Shown here: one piece after another, positions 51,007 to 61,336 of the stretch
How the letters are laid out: every line of letters starts with the position of its first letter
Numbering within the stretch: position 1 is the first letter of the stretch
From: Andalucia godoyi And28
Taxonomy: Eukaryota > Protista > Jakobida
NCBI GenBank assembly: GCA_009859145.1
Contig: VRVR01000014.1
Span: 127,618-191,617, forward strand
Direction of reading: 5' to 3'
Length of the DNA stretch: 64,000 nucleotides
Program-made: the position numbers and the translations under genes
The notes under the pieces: generated by a model
Database searches by the model: none
What the model saw: the letters and a program-made list of their open reading frames with translations, nothing else
What the model was told of the DNA's origin: nothing

Positions 51007-51225
51007 ATGCAATTTGAGATGAGCCTGTATGAGCAGCAGCTATCACTTATTCCACATGATGCCAAAAGAGCATTTTATTATTATATTTATTATTTTTTCG
51101 AATATCCTTTCCCTGTCATTGCATCCTTCCTCTTCTTTTCCTGCTCAAGTGCTTTGAGAAATCACGGTACAGGAAGAAGAAAGAAAGAAAAGAAAAATAC
51201 TTGTTGCGGTAGAAGGGTGGAGAAA

Positions 51226-51642
51226 ATGGGATATTCATTACGCGTTTCGCATGTGACGGTGTGGGTTCGTGACCAGGACGCATCAATCAAGTTTTACACG
51301 GAGAAGCTTGGATTCATGGTTGCGACGGATGCACCGTGTGGTCCCGACATGCGCTGGGTGGAGCTCAAGCGTGTGGAGAATGGATTTACGGACCGACAGT
51401 CTGTCCGTCTTGTGCTTCAAAAGTCTACTGACGACTCAAAAGTTGGGCAGTTTGCCGGATTCATCTTTGCTACCGACGACATCCAGGCGACGTTCAATGC
51501 TCTTCAGACGAACCAAGTCTCCATTTCATCGCCTCCCAAGCAGGAAAGCTGGGGAACGTTCCTCATCTTTACCGACATTGACGGAAACTCTTTTTGCGTG
51601 TCCCAGTCTTCAGACGATCCAACGTCGACGTCCTCTCAGTAG
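51226..51642 (+). CDS. Glyoxalase/VOC family protein
   Basis: VSHVTVWVRDQDASIKFYTEKLGF, WVEL, WG..L.F.D.DGN. Confidence 0.88.
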   Translation: MGYSLRVSHVTVWVRDQDASIKFYTEKLGFMVATDAPCGPDMRWVELKRVENGFTDRQSVRLVLQKSTDDSKVGQFAGFIFATDDIQATFNALQTNQVSISSPPKQESWGTFLIFTDIDGNSFCVSQSSDDPTSTSSQ

Positions 51643-51813
51643 TAGTCGAGGTATCAGGAGGACTAAGAGTCCACCAATAACATGTTTTTGTTTTTGTTTT
51701 TGTTTTTGCTTCATTAAAGGAAGGCGAGAAGAAGAAGAAGAAAAGTCAGCTTATTTATTTTTTTAATTCTTTCTTTCTTTCGTCTTGTCTTTTGGTTTGT
51801 CCAAGCACACACA

Positions 51814-52461
51814 TCAGTTCGTTTCAAAGTCGAGCTGTCGAGAAACAGAATCGTCTTCATTGATCTCACCATTTGCAGCCTCTTCCTCTTCTTGTCCATC
51901 GATCATCCGACTCGGTACATCCTCCTCTTCCTCTTGCTCCAGTCCTTGCTCCAACCCGGGGTCTTGCTCCTGTTGCTCTTCCTCGTCCTCTCCTTCCGCT
52001 TCGCCATCTTCTTCCTCTTCTTCCTCTTCACCTTCGCGCTCCTTTTCAACCTCTGTCTCCTCCTTGTCCTTCCCCCCTTCAACTTCAGCCTCCGCTTCGA
52101 CCTCGTCCTCATTCTCCGCCTCCGCTCTTTCCTTCTTTTGCTTCTCTCGAAGTTGTTGCTGACGCTCAAGATGCGTGTCGATAATCCGCGTTGCAATGAT
52201 TCGGCTCGACGGACCACTGGTCTTGACCCATTTCCGAATGCGAAGGCGGCAAGAACGGTCGCCTGGCCTCAAGTCTACAAACACGCGCTCCCAGTGGGCA
52301 ACTCGGCCTCTTGTTCCAGACGATGTCGAGGTCTCAGTCTCGAACCAGTGCTTCGGAACTTGCGAAACAGCAGCCAACAGCGACTTGTGCCGGTCAATTG
52401 TATGCCGCGTTGTCCGTCGGTTCACATACGCAGACGTCTGGTACGAATTCACGTCTGTCAT
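51814..52461 (-). CDS. BCL7-like protein with acidic tail
   Basis: RRTTR..D..K.LLAAV..V...WERVFV...LRIRKWV resembles the BCL7 N-terminal motif. Confidence 0.55.
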   Translation of the reverse strand: MTDVNSYQTSAYVNRRTTRHTIDRHKSLLAAVSQVPKHWFETETSTSSGTRGRVAHWERVFVDLRPGDRSCRLRIRKWVKTSGPSSRIIATRIIDTHLERQQQLREKQKKERAEAENEDEVEAEAEVEGGKDKEETEVEKEREGEEEEEEEDGEAEGEDEEEQQEQDPGLEQGLEQEEEEDVPSRMIDGQEEEEAANGEINEDDSVSRQLDFETN

Positions 52462-52725
52462 GGCAAGTGCTTCAATCGAGCACCTTTGCGTGATGAAAAA
52501 CGATTACTTAATATTTCAAATGTATAATTTAAAAATTACAAAATAAAAACCAATCGAAACTAGAAGAAAAAAGCGTGGATAAACTATGGAAAAGTACCCA
52601 TTTCTTCGTCGATTTGGGAGATTTGCGGAGAGGGGGGGAAGCCTTCACTACGGAAGGTGAACGGACAAAATGAAAAGTCAAAGGAGCATGCAAAGGAGGA
52701 GGCTCTGGAAAGAAGGAAGATGTGT

Positions 52726-54516
52726 CTAGCAACATTCATAGTATTGATTGCGGCATAGATTGAAGCCATCTTCGGATCGAGACTTGAGAATCCTCCAAGG
52801 AAACGGTCCCGCTGCTGCGTTTTTCCAGACAAAAAACGTTGTGATGTTGCTGAAACACCCTGCATCAAACGGGAGGACGTGCTCCGGCATACCTTGGGTG
52901 TACCAGAGCTGATCGAACCGCAGCGCTTCATAGGTTGTTTGGTTCGTTACGATGAGATAGGAATGAAGGACCAGCAATCCAATCACTAGAATTGCGAAGG
53001 GACACAGGTTCAGCAACACAAGCACATGCATCCAGTTTAGATACATCCACGAAGACAGGTCTCCAGACCTTGACTCACGGAACGATGCACAGACAAGCAC
53101 CAGTCCCCAAATCATCAGCACGGACTCGAGAAAAAGAAATGACCAAAATGCTCTGTGGTTCTTTTCCCCAATGCATATTCCCAGGAAAAAACAATGATGG
53201 TCAAAACACAAGACACACTCGTCGCATCGCTTGCAGTGTCGCGCTCGCATGGGGATCACTCTTCGACATCGGAAACAATACCGTCGATCGCCTCGACGGC
53301 TTCCGTTCGACCCGGACCTTCTTCCATTGTATGACGCATCGGACGCATCCGAGGGAGAGCGGAGATGCTGGTGCTTGCGAAACGAAGCATTTCCTTTTGA
53401 ACTCGAGATCCCGGATGCTCCAGAGCTATTTCCTGATCCTGAACAACTGTCGATGTTGCCAGTATTGTTACTGCCAGCACCGCAGTCATTGCCATTGCTG
53501 CTGCCGCCGCCGCCGCCGCCACTGGCGTTGGCATTGTTGAAGGTGGCATTGCTGTTGGAACTGACGATGATGTCATTCATTGCGCTCATGGTAGCGCTAC
53601 CATGATGATTGCTTGAATACAGCAGCTGATGCGACGAAGTAGATCGAGAAATGGGGGCTGTGGGTCGAAGCTGCATATGTGTTGTTGGCTCGTCCAACAG
53701 CATGACATCCATTGTTTCCAAGCTCCCAACGAACGGAGCTGCATCCAAAATCGAAAGACCTGATCGACAGTTTCCTCCACCAATACTACTGCTATTGGTG
53801 ATGATGCTGCTGCTGCTGCTGCTGTTGTTGTTGTTGTTACCTCCAACGCTGCTGCCACTCCCATTGCTACTGCTACTGACATTGACGCTACCATTCCCAC
53901 CACTACCGCCGCCACCACCACCGCCGTGGCTGGTACTAACGCTGCCAGGGTTATGATTGTGGCTGTGAATGCTGGTCATGCCGCCGCTAATGCCATTCGC
54001 ATTGCCACTGTTTCCATTGGCAGACTGAACAGAAGAGGACGGCAAGCCGGTGCCACTACTGCTGGAAAGAGCGTTTCCCGAAGCGGTACTCTCGCCCATT
54101 CCAGTATTTGAATGGTTTGATAACAACGATGACGATGATGGCACGGGAACATTGACCATCATCATCGGTGCGTCTTCTTCGTCCCCTGATGGATTTGACG
54201 CGGATTCGTCCGCAGACAAATCATACAACTGTTCGAAATAATGGTCTCTCACATATCCCGGATCGGATTTGCAAACCAGAACAAAGAAGAGCGTAGATAC
54301 TGCAAACAACACAAGAAACAGACACCCGAATACAAACGCTGATACGGAGGAAGCCGACGAAAAAAGTGCGGTGCTGAGATACGAAGGAAACGAAAGCATG
54401 ATCAAAACAGAAATGAACTGTCCGACGAAAAAGTACACTTTCGCAAACGAACTCTGCGATTTCCAAAACGGCACTTTGCGACGAGGCAATCGACGATTTG
54501 GTTCCAGTAAGTTCAT
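52726..54516 (-). CDS. DHHC palmitoyltransferase with long Ser/Gly/Asn low-complexity insert
   Basis: YCFRC...PMRARHCKRCDECVLCFDHHCFFLGICIGEKNH, NQTTYE; start set at MNLLEP. Confidence 0.9.
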   Translation of the reverse strand: MNLLEPNRRLPRRKVPFWKSQSSFAKVYFFVGQFISVLIMLSFPSYLSTALFSSASSVSAFVFGCLFLVLFAVSTLFFVLVCKSDPGYVRDHYFEQLYDLSADESASNPSGDEEDAPMMMVNVPVPSSSSLLSNHSNTGMGESTASGNALSSSSGTGLPSSSVQSANGNSGNANGISGGMTSIHSHNHNPGSVSTSHGGGGGGGSGGNGSVNVSSSSNGSGSSVGGNNNNNSSSSSSIITNSSSIGGGNCRSGLSILDAAPFVGSLETMDVMLLDEPTTHMQLRPTAPISRSTSSHQLLYSSNHHGSATMSAMNDIIVSSNSNATFNNANASGGGGGGSSNGNDCGAGSNNTGNIDSCSGSGNSSGASGISSSKGNASFRKHQHLRSPSDASDASYNGRRSGSNGSRRGDRRYCFRCRRVIPMRARHCKRCDECVLCFDHHCFFLGICIGEKNHRAFWSFLFLESVLMIWGLVLVCASFRESRSGDLSSWMYLNWMHVLVLLNLCPFAILVIGLLVLHSYLIVTNQTTYEALRFDQLWYTQGMPEHVLPFDAGCFSNITTFFVWKNAAAGPFPWRILKSRSEDGFNLCRNQYYECC

Positions 54517-54559
54517 TTTGCTAGCGTACGGACACGTAGGGACGTAATAACATTCATTG

Positions 54560-54972
54560 TTATTATTTGTTGTCTTCTTCTTCCTGAATTGAAAATACAT
54601 TGGGCACTTTGGGAAGTGTCGGGAAAATTCAACTGCTAATTGCCGAATTGCCCCGCCTACAACAAGGATCTGACGATTCAAAGGGTATTTGTAGGAAATG
54701 CCAGTGATGCGGTTCTACTGCTCTCCAAAACATGAATTATGACTGGTCATCGGCTAAATTGTCACCGAAGACAGATCCAAGCCAGATGTTTTTAATTTAA
54801 TTGGGGACGAGCACCAACTCTTCAATGCAGATTGCTCTGCATCAAAAAGGGTCATCGCTTCTTCTTCTTGCTCCCCGCCTCCGACGACAGGGGATCAACG
54901 CGTTTCTTGGGTCTCGGTATCTTCGGGGATGGCCGGTTTGCGTTTGTTGGGAAGATCCCTCTTTGGAGCCAT
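54560..54972 (-). pseudogene. Degraded Fanzor2 N-terminal fragment A
   Basis: MAPKRDLPNKRKP, RAICIEEL..PN..IKNIWLGSV, WHFLQIPFE, GAIRQL (54637-54654), FQFRKKK (FRKKK at 54574-54588) in Fanzor2 order; homologous to 56903-57127. Confidence 0.55.
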
Positions 54973-55132
54973 GAAATGTTTTCTGTCTTTGATGAAAAAG
55001 TGCTGCTTGAAGCTTCGGTTTTTAAATAAAATAAATTTTAAAAAAGAAAAAAGAAAGAAAAAGAAGGAGGAAAGGAAAGAACAGAATATGTGAATATGGT
55101 ACGTGACGAAGGGTTTTAAAAAATAAGGCAGA

Positions 55133-56860
55133 TTAATTGGCGGATACAGAAATGGAAACCGACTGGCCATCCTTGACGACAGAGAGGTTGAACGAGAACT
55201 CAAAGTAGTTCGCATCCGATGATGACTTCCACGAGAAGGCGTTGGCAGGGCTGACGGAAACCGTGAAGCCCTTTGGATAGTAAAAATCTTGATTTAAAAA
55301 GACGACTGTGGGGGCAGTGATGCTTGTTTTTGCACTGAACTCGATGGAAAACCGTGCAGAAACAGGGTCGAATTTGATCGAAGTAGGGACACCCGCCACC
55401 GCAGGAGCATACGATCTCGACAAAGCCTTGACCTTTTCGATTTCCAACCCGCCGGTTTCATTGTAAAAGGACTCTGTGGTTCCAGGCTGCGCTGCCGTGG
55501 TGTAGTCATCAAACCACTTAAACTGCCAGTACGCCCACGAAAGCATGTACTCGTCTGCGATGCCGGTTACTCGGTGGATCTCATCGATCGAAGACGCAGC
55601 ATCGCTGAGCGCTCCAAATTCCGTAAGCATCATTCCGCCCATTTTCTTCTTTCTTCCTTCCGCAACACGCATTTCAATGACGCCCTTATCATCGATATCG
55701 CAAAGCAGCTTGGACTGTGGCTCTCCTCTCTTGTTCACATCCAAGCAATACGCATGGAAGGAATACACTTGGCGGTCATTGTACGCAGCGCCACCAGGGC
55801 CTTCTGTGAACCCAGACCATGTAGGATCAAAAACACAAGGCTCATAAAAGATATTGTGGTCAGTGTCATACTTTCGGATGGCCTCGTGCACACGCTGGTA
55901 CATGGGGAACAGCCAGTCTCGGTCTGTCTTTCCGAGCTCAACGACAAGCGCAGGATTGCGGATCACATCACCCAGCGCTGGTTCATTGATGATTTCGTAT
56001 CCCAGCAAATTGGACTTTTGCGAAAGCGACTGCGCAACAGCAGCCCAAAACTTGACAAACTCATCCTGCGTCCCATTCTTGTTTTCGTACAGAGCCTGGA
56101 ACAGCGATCCAACAGCATCCGTCAAGTAGTAAAATGCAAATTCACGCTTGAGACACTCCGGAATAAGCGGATATTGCGTTTGCGGATCCACAGGGATGGA
56201 GTGTGCAATTGGCTGCGGAAACGGTGCATGATTCCCGTCGTCGCGCTGCGCAATCCAATCGGGAACTCCCTCTCCACAGTAGTATCTCGACATTAAGTCC
56301 TGATGGCTGTCCATCAGTGCGTAGATGCCATAGTCTGACATCATGTCAACTGATTGTGCGAGAACTGAAAGATAGTCCTGGTCGATTTCATCAGCAGCCG
56401 GAGAAACACCCATCCAGGCTGCATAGTATCGGATCGCGTTGAACCCCCATTTCTGCAGGTTCGCGAGATCAATGTCGGAAAGAGACGACTGCGGGCTGAA
56501 CGATCCAGGTGTAATCACTGGATGGAAAGGAGCACCTTTGTAAATCGCGTTTACTCCGTGGAAGAATCGCGATCGACCAAACTCATCCACGAAGAACAAC
56601 GTGTTTGGATCCACACGGATCACAGAAAGGCTCGTCTTTCCGCTGCACATACCCAGCATTGCCAACAGCAAAATCCCGAAGATCATCACACTGCACGACA
56701 TCATCGACAACACGAAGCAGGAACTTCGTCGCGGGCCCATTTCAACTCTCTCTGTCTTCAAATCGAGTTTTTCGTCTTCTTCTTCGTCGTCTATGTTTTT
56801 CAGATTGTCCGAAATGCAAACGGTAACAGCATTTTTCTTTCCAGGTTGAACATCAAACAT
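55133..56860 (-). CDS. Endoglycoceramidase-like glycoside hydrolase (GH5)
   Basis: RSRFFHGVNAIYK, LMDSHQD, GYEIINEP (acid/base), MLTEFG (nucleophile); start uncertain. Confidence 0.9.
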   Translation of the reverse strand: MFDVQPGKKNAVTVCISDNLKNIDDEEEDEKLDLKTERVEMGPRRSSCFVLSMMSCSVMIFGILLLAMLGMCSGKTSLSVIRVDPNTLFFVDEFGRSRFFHGVNAIYKGAPFHPVITPGSFSPQSSLSDIDLANLQKWGFNAIRYYAAWMGVSPAADEIDQDYLSVLAQSVDMMSDYGIYALMDSHQDLMSRYYCGEGVPDWIAQRDDGNHAPFPQPIAHSIPVDPQTQYPLIPECLKREFAFYYLTDAVGSLFQALYENKNGTQDEFVKFWAAVAQSLSQKSNLLGYEIINEPALGDVIRNPALVVELGKTDRDWLFPMYQRVHEAIRKYDTDHNIFYEPCVFDPTWSGFTEGPGGAAYNDRQVYSFHAYCLDVNKRGEPQSKLLCDIDDKGVIEMRVAEGRKKKMGGMMLTEFGALSDAASSIDEIHRVTGIADEYMLSWAYWQFKWFDDYTTAAQPGTTESFYNETGGLEIEKVKALSRSYAPAVAGVPTSIKFDPVSARFSIEFSAKTSITAPTVVFLNQDFYYPKGFTVSVSPANAFSWKSSSDANYFEFSFNLSVVKDGQSVSISVSAN

Positions 56861-56902
56861 TTCGATTTTTTCTTACCGTAGTCAAGTCCATAATCGAATC
56901 CC

Positions 56903-57260
56903 GTGGCTCCACAGAGGGAACAACGTCCCAACAAGCTCAAACTCGGCCATGCCCGAAGATACTGAGATCCAAGAAGCTCGTGGTTGCGACGACCCTTTGA
57001 TACAGAGCAATGTGCATTGAAGAGTTGGTGCCCGCCCCCAAATGAAAAAAGAAAACAACATGTGGCTTGGATCTGTCTTCGGTGACAGCGTAGCCGATGA
57101 CCAGTTATGATTCATGTACTGGCGAGCGGATATGAGGCTGATTGCGGAGCTCGCGCAAGATGTGCGCCGGGGCGGGGGGGGGGGGGGGGGGGGATAAGTA
57201 CAGCGAAGGCCACTCGATACGTTTTTAATAAAATTAATGTTGGCAGTACGTGGCTCCTCT
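56903..57260 (+). pseudogene. Degraded Fanzor2 N-terminal fragment B (inverted homologue of fragment A)
   Basis: Perfect 25-nt (57063-57087 vs 54760-54784) and 19-nt (57013-57031 vs 54811-54829) inverted matches within ~220 nt of alignable sequence; RAMCIEELVP, WLGSV, RYVFNK..WLL. Confidence 0.5.
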
Positions 57261-57263
57261 TTA

Positions 57264-58241
57264 TTATTGAAGCATTGGGTTGCAGGGTGGATTTTCCAGC
57301 AAGTCCAAATCAACGTTGAGGAGGACCTTTTCGATATCTGGGACGGCAATCTTGATTTGCTCTTTCCATTCTAGGTTGGATGCAACGCAAATCGAAATGA
57401 TCTCGACGACTTCCCTGGCATGAGCATTGAGTGGTTGCTCCGCAGTTTCGATTGGACCGTCGTACGAATCGGCTGCATATTTGAGATTGATAGACTTTGC
57501 GAGTGTGACGAGCAAATTCAGTCCACCGGCACGCGCGACTTCAAATAAAAAGTCTCGCGGAAGGCTTCTTGCCATGTTCACCAATGCGAACAATGCGCGC
57601 TTCTCATGAATCACGAGAACATGCGTGTTCAGCAGCGCTGCCACGATACCGGTCTCGAGCCCGCCGGTCTCCACAAAGGGCCTTCGCACGGAAAAGAGAG
57701 CTTTTGTAACTGCCTTGGACGCATTGCACATTCCAGAAAGACATGAAATCGCCTTCATGAATAAGAACCGCTGCTGCTGAGTTCGCAGCGTCATCTCATC
57801 TACATCCGCACCTGCACATGCATCTGTATCTGCGTCTTGCGCCGCTTCCTCCATCTTCTCGGCGTACGAGATGGCACGTGTCGGAATCTCAAAGATGAAT
57901 TTTGAAAAGACTGGAATCGCATCGCCTTGAGACAGCAACCTCTCTGCAAAATCCCGGTTGTTTCCCATGCAAGTCTGGAATATGGATAAACATTGGACAG
58001 CAAGTTTCAGATCGAATGCCGTCGTGGACAGCGATACATTTGTCAAATCAACATCCACGATCTTCAAAAGCCTCGTAATCCCGTCCATTTTGTGCAGATC
58101 ATTTGAATTGTCAATGGACTCGCACATTAGCTCCAAGTCTTCTGCAGCCATCATCCGAGCCTGATCTCCTGCTTCCACATTCTCAATGACCGCCATGCAC
58201 TCCTTCATCTTTTTAAAGTCGTCCGGGAACAGCGCGTCCAT
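57264..58241 (-). CDS. Fes1/HspBP1-like Hsp70 nucleotide exchange factor
   Basis: AAEDLELMCESIDNSNDLHKMDG, C..NN..F; ARM-like helices. Confidence 0.8.
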   Translation of the reverse strand: MDALFPDDFKKMKECMAVIENVEAGDQARMMAAEDLELMCESIDNSNDLHKMDGITRLLKIVDVDLTNVSLSTTAFDLKLAVQCLSIFQTCMGNNRDFAERLLSQGDAIPVFSKFIFEIPTRAISYAEKMEEAAQDADTDACAGADVDEMTLRTQQQRFLFMKAISCLSGMCNASKAVTKALFSVRRPFVETGGLETGIVAALLNTHVLVIHEKRALFALVNMARSLPRDFLFEVARAGGLNLLVTLAKSINLKYAADSYDGPIETAEQPLNAHAREVVEIISICVASNLEWKEQIKIAVPDIEKVLLNVDLDLLENPPCNPMLQ

Positions 58242-58990
58242 CCATTTCTTGTCCTACTCGATGCTCGTACATTTTTCACAACAAAAGAAGAGGGGAAAGG
58301 AAAAGCGGAAAGTATATATATACACAGTTAAGTGTAAGTAGTTAGAACGACTCGCACGATCACGTCAAGAAAAAGACTCCTTTAGAGAAACGAAGAGGGT
58401 ACATACAATCTGCTGAAAATTTTCTTTGCGGCGCTGAAGTTCCGATGGATCCGAGTTCTCAACAGCCCACGTAAACAACGTTCCCAGATTTGGCTGCTGG
58501 CTCCCACTCATCTTTTTCTTCTTCTTCTTTTTAATTTAAATTCAAATTAAATATTTTAAATAAAAAAACGATGATGACAGTGATATGGCTGTACAAATAA
58601 AATATCTTCAAATGAATCATTCACTCCGTCGTTTTCGAATGCATGTTTTCAGTGCCCTGTGACGTCATGTGATGCGCGGATTCATAGCCTGCTGTAAAAA
58701 ACAAACGAAAAGAGACGGCACACGGACGCTTGCGTCAATTGCCAAATCGTCATTTATCCCGCTCGTTTTTGCTCGTGGTTCTTCCAATTTACACATTCGT
58801 TTTGTATTTATTTCCTTTCTTTCTTTCGCTTCTTTCATATATATATATATATATATATCCGTTTAGATTTTAATCATAGTCTGTGTACCTTTTCAATTTG
58901 GTTTTTTTTGCCGAGACTTGTTTGTTTCTGTGTTGTTGTCGTCTTTTTGTTCGTCTTCTAACTTTTTTTTTCTCTTCTGCGGATTTGAGG

Positions 58991-61336
58991 ATGGGAGGGA
59001 ACCAGACGAAACCTGGGTCGGATGCGACTGCGGAGTTCTCGTCAGAGGGTGAAGAAGAGTCCGCGGAGAAGCCTGTTCAGCTCATTCGCGTTTCTGAAGA
59101 TGACAGTACATTTGAGTTGTGTGATGATGGAGTTGCCATCCTCAACAAGCTTGTTGGCCGTGAAATTGCTGTGGTGTCCGTTGCGGGTCTGTACCGAACT
59201 GGAAAGTCTTTTTTGCTAAATGCGATTTTGAACAAGTTTGGCAAACAAGGGTTCTCAATCTCTCCACTGACGGATGCGTGCACTCGGGGGATCTGGATGT
59301 GGGGCCAGCCGCTGCCACTCCAGGACTTTGGATTTGAATCGTCGGGGTATGTCTTGTTTCTGGACACGGAAGGACTGGCGTCGACTGACTCGAATGAGAA
59401 CAAGGATGCGTATATTTTTGCACTTACGATTCTGCTGAGCTCGGTGTTTGTGTACAATTCAATGCGGGTGATTGATGCACAGGCACTCGATTCTCTTGGA
59501 ATGGTGACGCATCTAATTCGCGATATTCACAAGAAATCCGTGGAAGCGATGGCGAGGCCGTCGCAGAAAAAAGCAGCAGCGAAGGCAGCAGCTTCCAGTG
59601 CTGTTGGAACGGGCTTGCCTGCGAGTTCACGGGACTTGATGTTCCCGTCCTTCTTTTGGGTGTTGAGAGACTTTGATTTGAAGCTTGGAGGAACGGCGGA
59701 TGATTACCTGGAGGATGCGTTGAAGAGCAAGGCGGATGCAAAGTCGGATTCGGAAAAGGAACGAAATGTTATTCGAAAGACTATCAAGGAAATGTTTCAG
59801 GAGCGACACGTTGTCACCATGGTTCGACCGGTGACAGAGGAGAGGCAGCTGCAGTCTTTGGATCGCGTGCAGTTTGAGCATCTGCGTCCGGAGTTCCGCT
59901 CGCAACTGGAATACCTGCGTGAAACGATCATGAATTCAATGCGGATGAAGCAATTTGGAAATGTCAGGGTGGATGGACCAATGTTTGTGGAGTTTGCACG
60001 AGTGTTCTGCGCGTCAATTTCAAAAGGTGAAACTCCGCCAGTCTATTCTGTTTATACTTCTGTCGTGGAGCGGCAATGCAGAAATGCTGCCGAGGAGATT
60101 ATCGAGGAAATCAATGACGGAATGCTGAACGTCGATGGAGACGAGGCTGTCCGGTTATTTCAAGACCGCGCTGGATCCGTGATAGATGCTCGTGAAATTG
60201 CAGTTTCCTTTGAAGAAAAGGTTCGCAAAGTTGCCGAAGATGCAGTTCGTAGGATTCCTGACGGCCTCGCTCGTGTTGTGTCGGATCTTCCCAAGTTTGC
60301 GGATTCTAATGGCTTTTCCCCAGACCTCTGGCGACAGGACATTGCTCGGGTTGTTTCCAGCAATCGCCTGGCAGTCAATGCAGTAGCAAAGTATATTCTG
60401 GACTGTGCACACGATTCCATGGTAGCTTTGAAAGCGCTATTTGCACAAGAACGCGACAGACTTCTCGCGGAACGGGATGCCCAAGTGCAGAACTGGGTTC
60501 ACCAGGTTCAGTCTGCGCAAATGCTCTGCGCAAATCTCAATTTTGAAGTTCAGCAACTCAATACCCAGTTGGCCCAACGCGAAGCCGAATTGAACCAAGC
60601 GAATGCTCGTTTTAGTCAGCGAGATGCCGAACTCGTGCAACGAGAAGCCCAAATAGCGGAACTAAAGAATCGCTCTGCGAAAGACTCGCAACACATCATG
60701 AGCGATGCGAGGGAGATTGAGCGTCTTCAGACAGATCTTCATCGAGTCACCAGCGAACGGAAGGAAGCACAAACACAGGCTGCGGGGCTCAATGTACAGA
60801 TTGCAGCAGTGACTGCCGAAGCGACGGCACTGAAGCGACGCATCTCAGAGCTCGAAAGCACGCTGGAGTCGTACCGCACAGCTTCTTCTGTTGGAACCAA
60901 ACGGTCTGCGTCCGCTGCAAATGATGATGGTCCTGCAACGAGCCGCCGACGGACCCATTCTGCGGCCATCGCAGAAACTCGCCGTGGTCAACAAGATGAC
61001 GATGATCAAGATCTGGATGTCGATTTTCCAGATGCTGATTCGTCGCAATTTGACATCGAATCCGACTTGCAAGAACGCGAAGAAGGCCTGGGCCTTAGCC
61101 TGTCACGGGTAGCTCGATCGGGACCGCAGAATTCACGAGAGACCTTTGGAGGTCCAGGAGCGGCGGATCAGCGTCCAAGCTTCATCCTCATGAAGTCTCG
61201 GCTGGATCTGAAACGATCCGAGGATTCGAGGATCCAGGACGTCATGGATCGGTACAAAAAGGCGCCTGGAAAGAAGAAGAAGGACGTCGAAGACGAAATG
61301 TGGAAGCTGTACAAGTTCCATTTTGCACCCAAGTAA
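58991..61336 (+). CDS. Guanylate-binding protein/atlastin-family GTPase with coiled-coil tail
   Basis: GLYRTGKSFLLN, CTRGIWMW, DTEG, WVLRDF; MG start (possible myristoylation). Confidence 0.92.
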   Translation: MGGNQTKPGSDATAEFSSEGEEESAEKPVQLIRVSEDDSTFELCDDGVAILNKLVGREIAVVSVAGLYRTGKSFLLNAILNKFGKQGFSISPLTDACTRGIWMWGQPLPLQDFGFESSGYVLFLDTEGLASTDSNENKDAYIFALTILLSSVFVYNSMRVIDAQALDSLGMVTHLIRDIHKKSVEAMARPSQKKAAAKAAASSAVGTGLPASSRDLMFPSFFWVLRDFDLKLGGTADDYLEDALKSKADAKSDSEKERNVIRKTIKEMFQERHVVTMVRPVTEERQLQSLDRVQFEHLRPEFRSQLEYLRETIMNSMRMKQFGNVRVDGPMFVEFARVFCASISKGETPPVYSVYTSVVERQCRNAAEEIIEEINDGMLNVDGDEAVRLFQDRAGSVIDAREIAVSFEEKVRKVAEDAVRRIPDGLARVVSDLPKFADSNGFSPDLWRQDIARVVSSNRLAVNAVAKYILDCAHDSMVALKALFAQERDRLLAERDAQVQNWVHQVQSAQMLCANLNFEVQQLNTQLAQREAELNQANARFSQRDAELVQREAQIAELKNRSAKDSQHIMSDAREIERLQTDLHRVTSERKEAQTQAAGLNVQIAAVTAEATALKRRISELESTLESYRTASSVGTKRSASAANDDGPATSRRRTHSAAIAETRRGQQDDDDQDLDVDFPDADSSQFDIESDLQEREEGLGLSLSRVARSGPQNSRETFGGPGAADQRPSFILMKSRLDLKRSEDSRIQDVMDRYKKAPGKKKKDVEDEMWKLYKFHFAPK

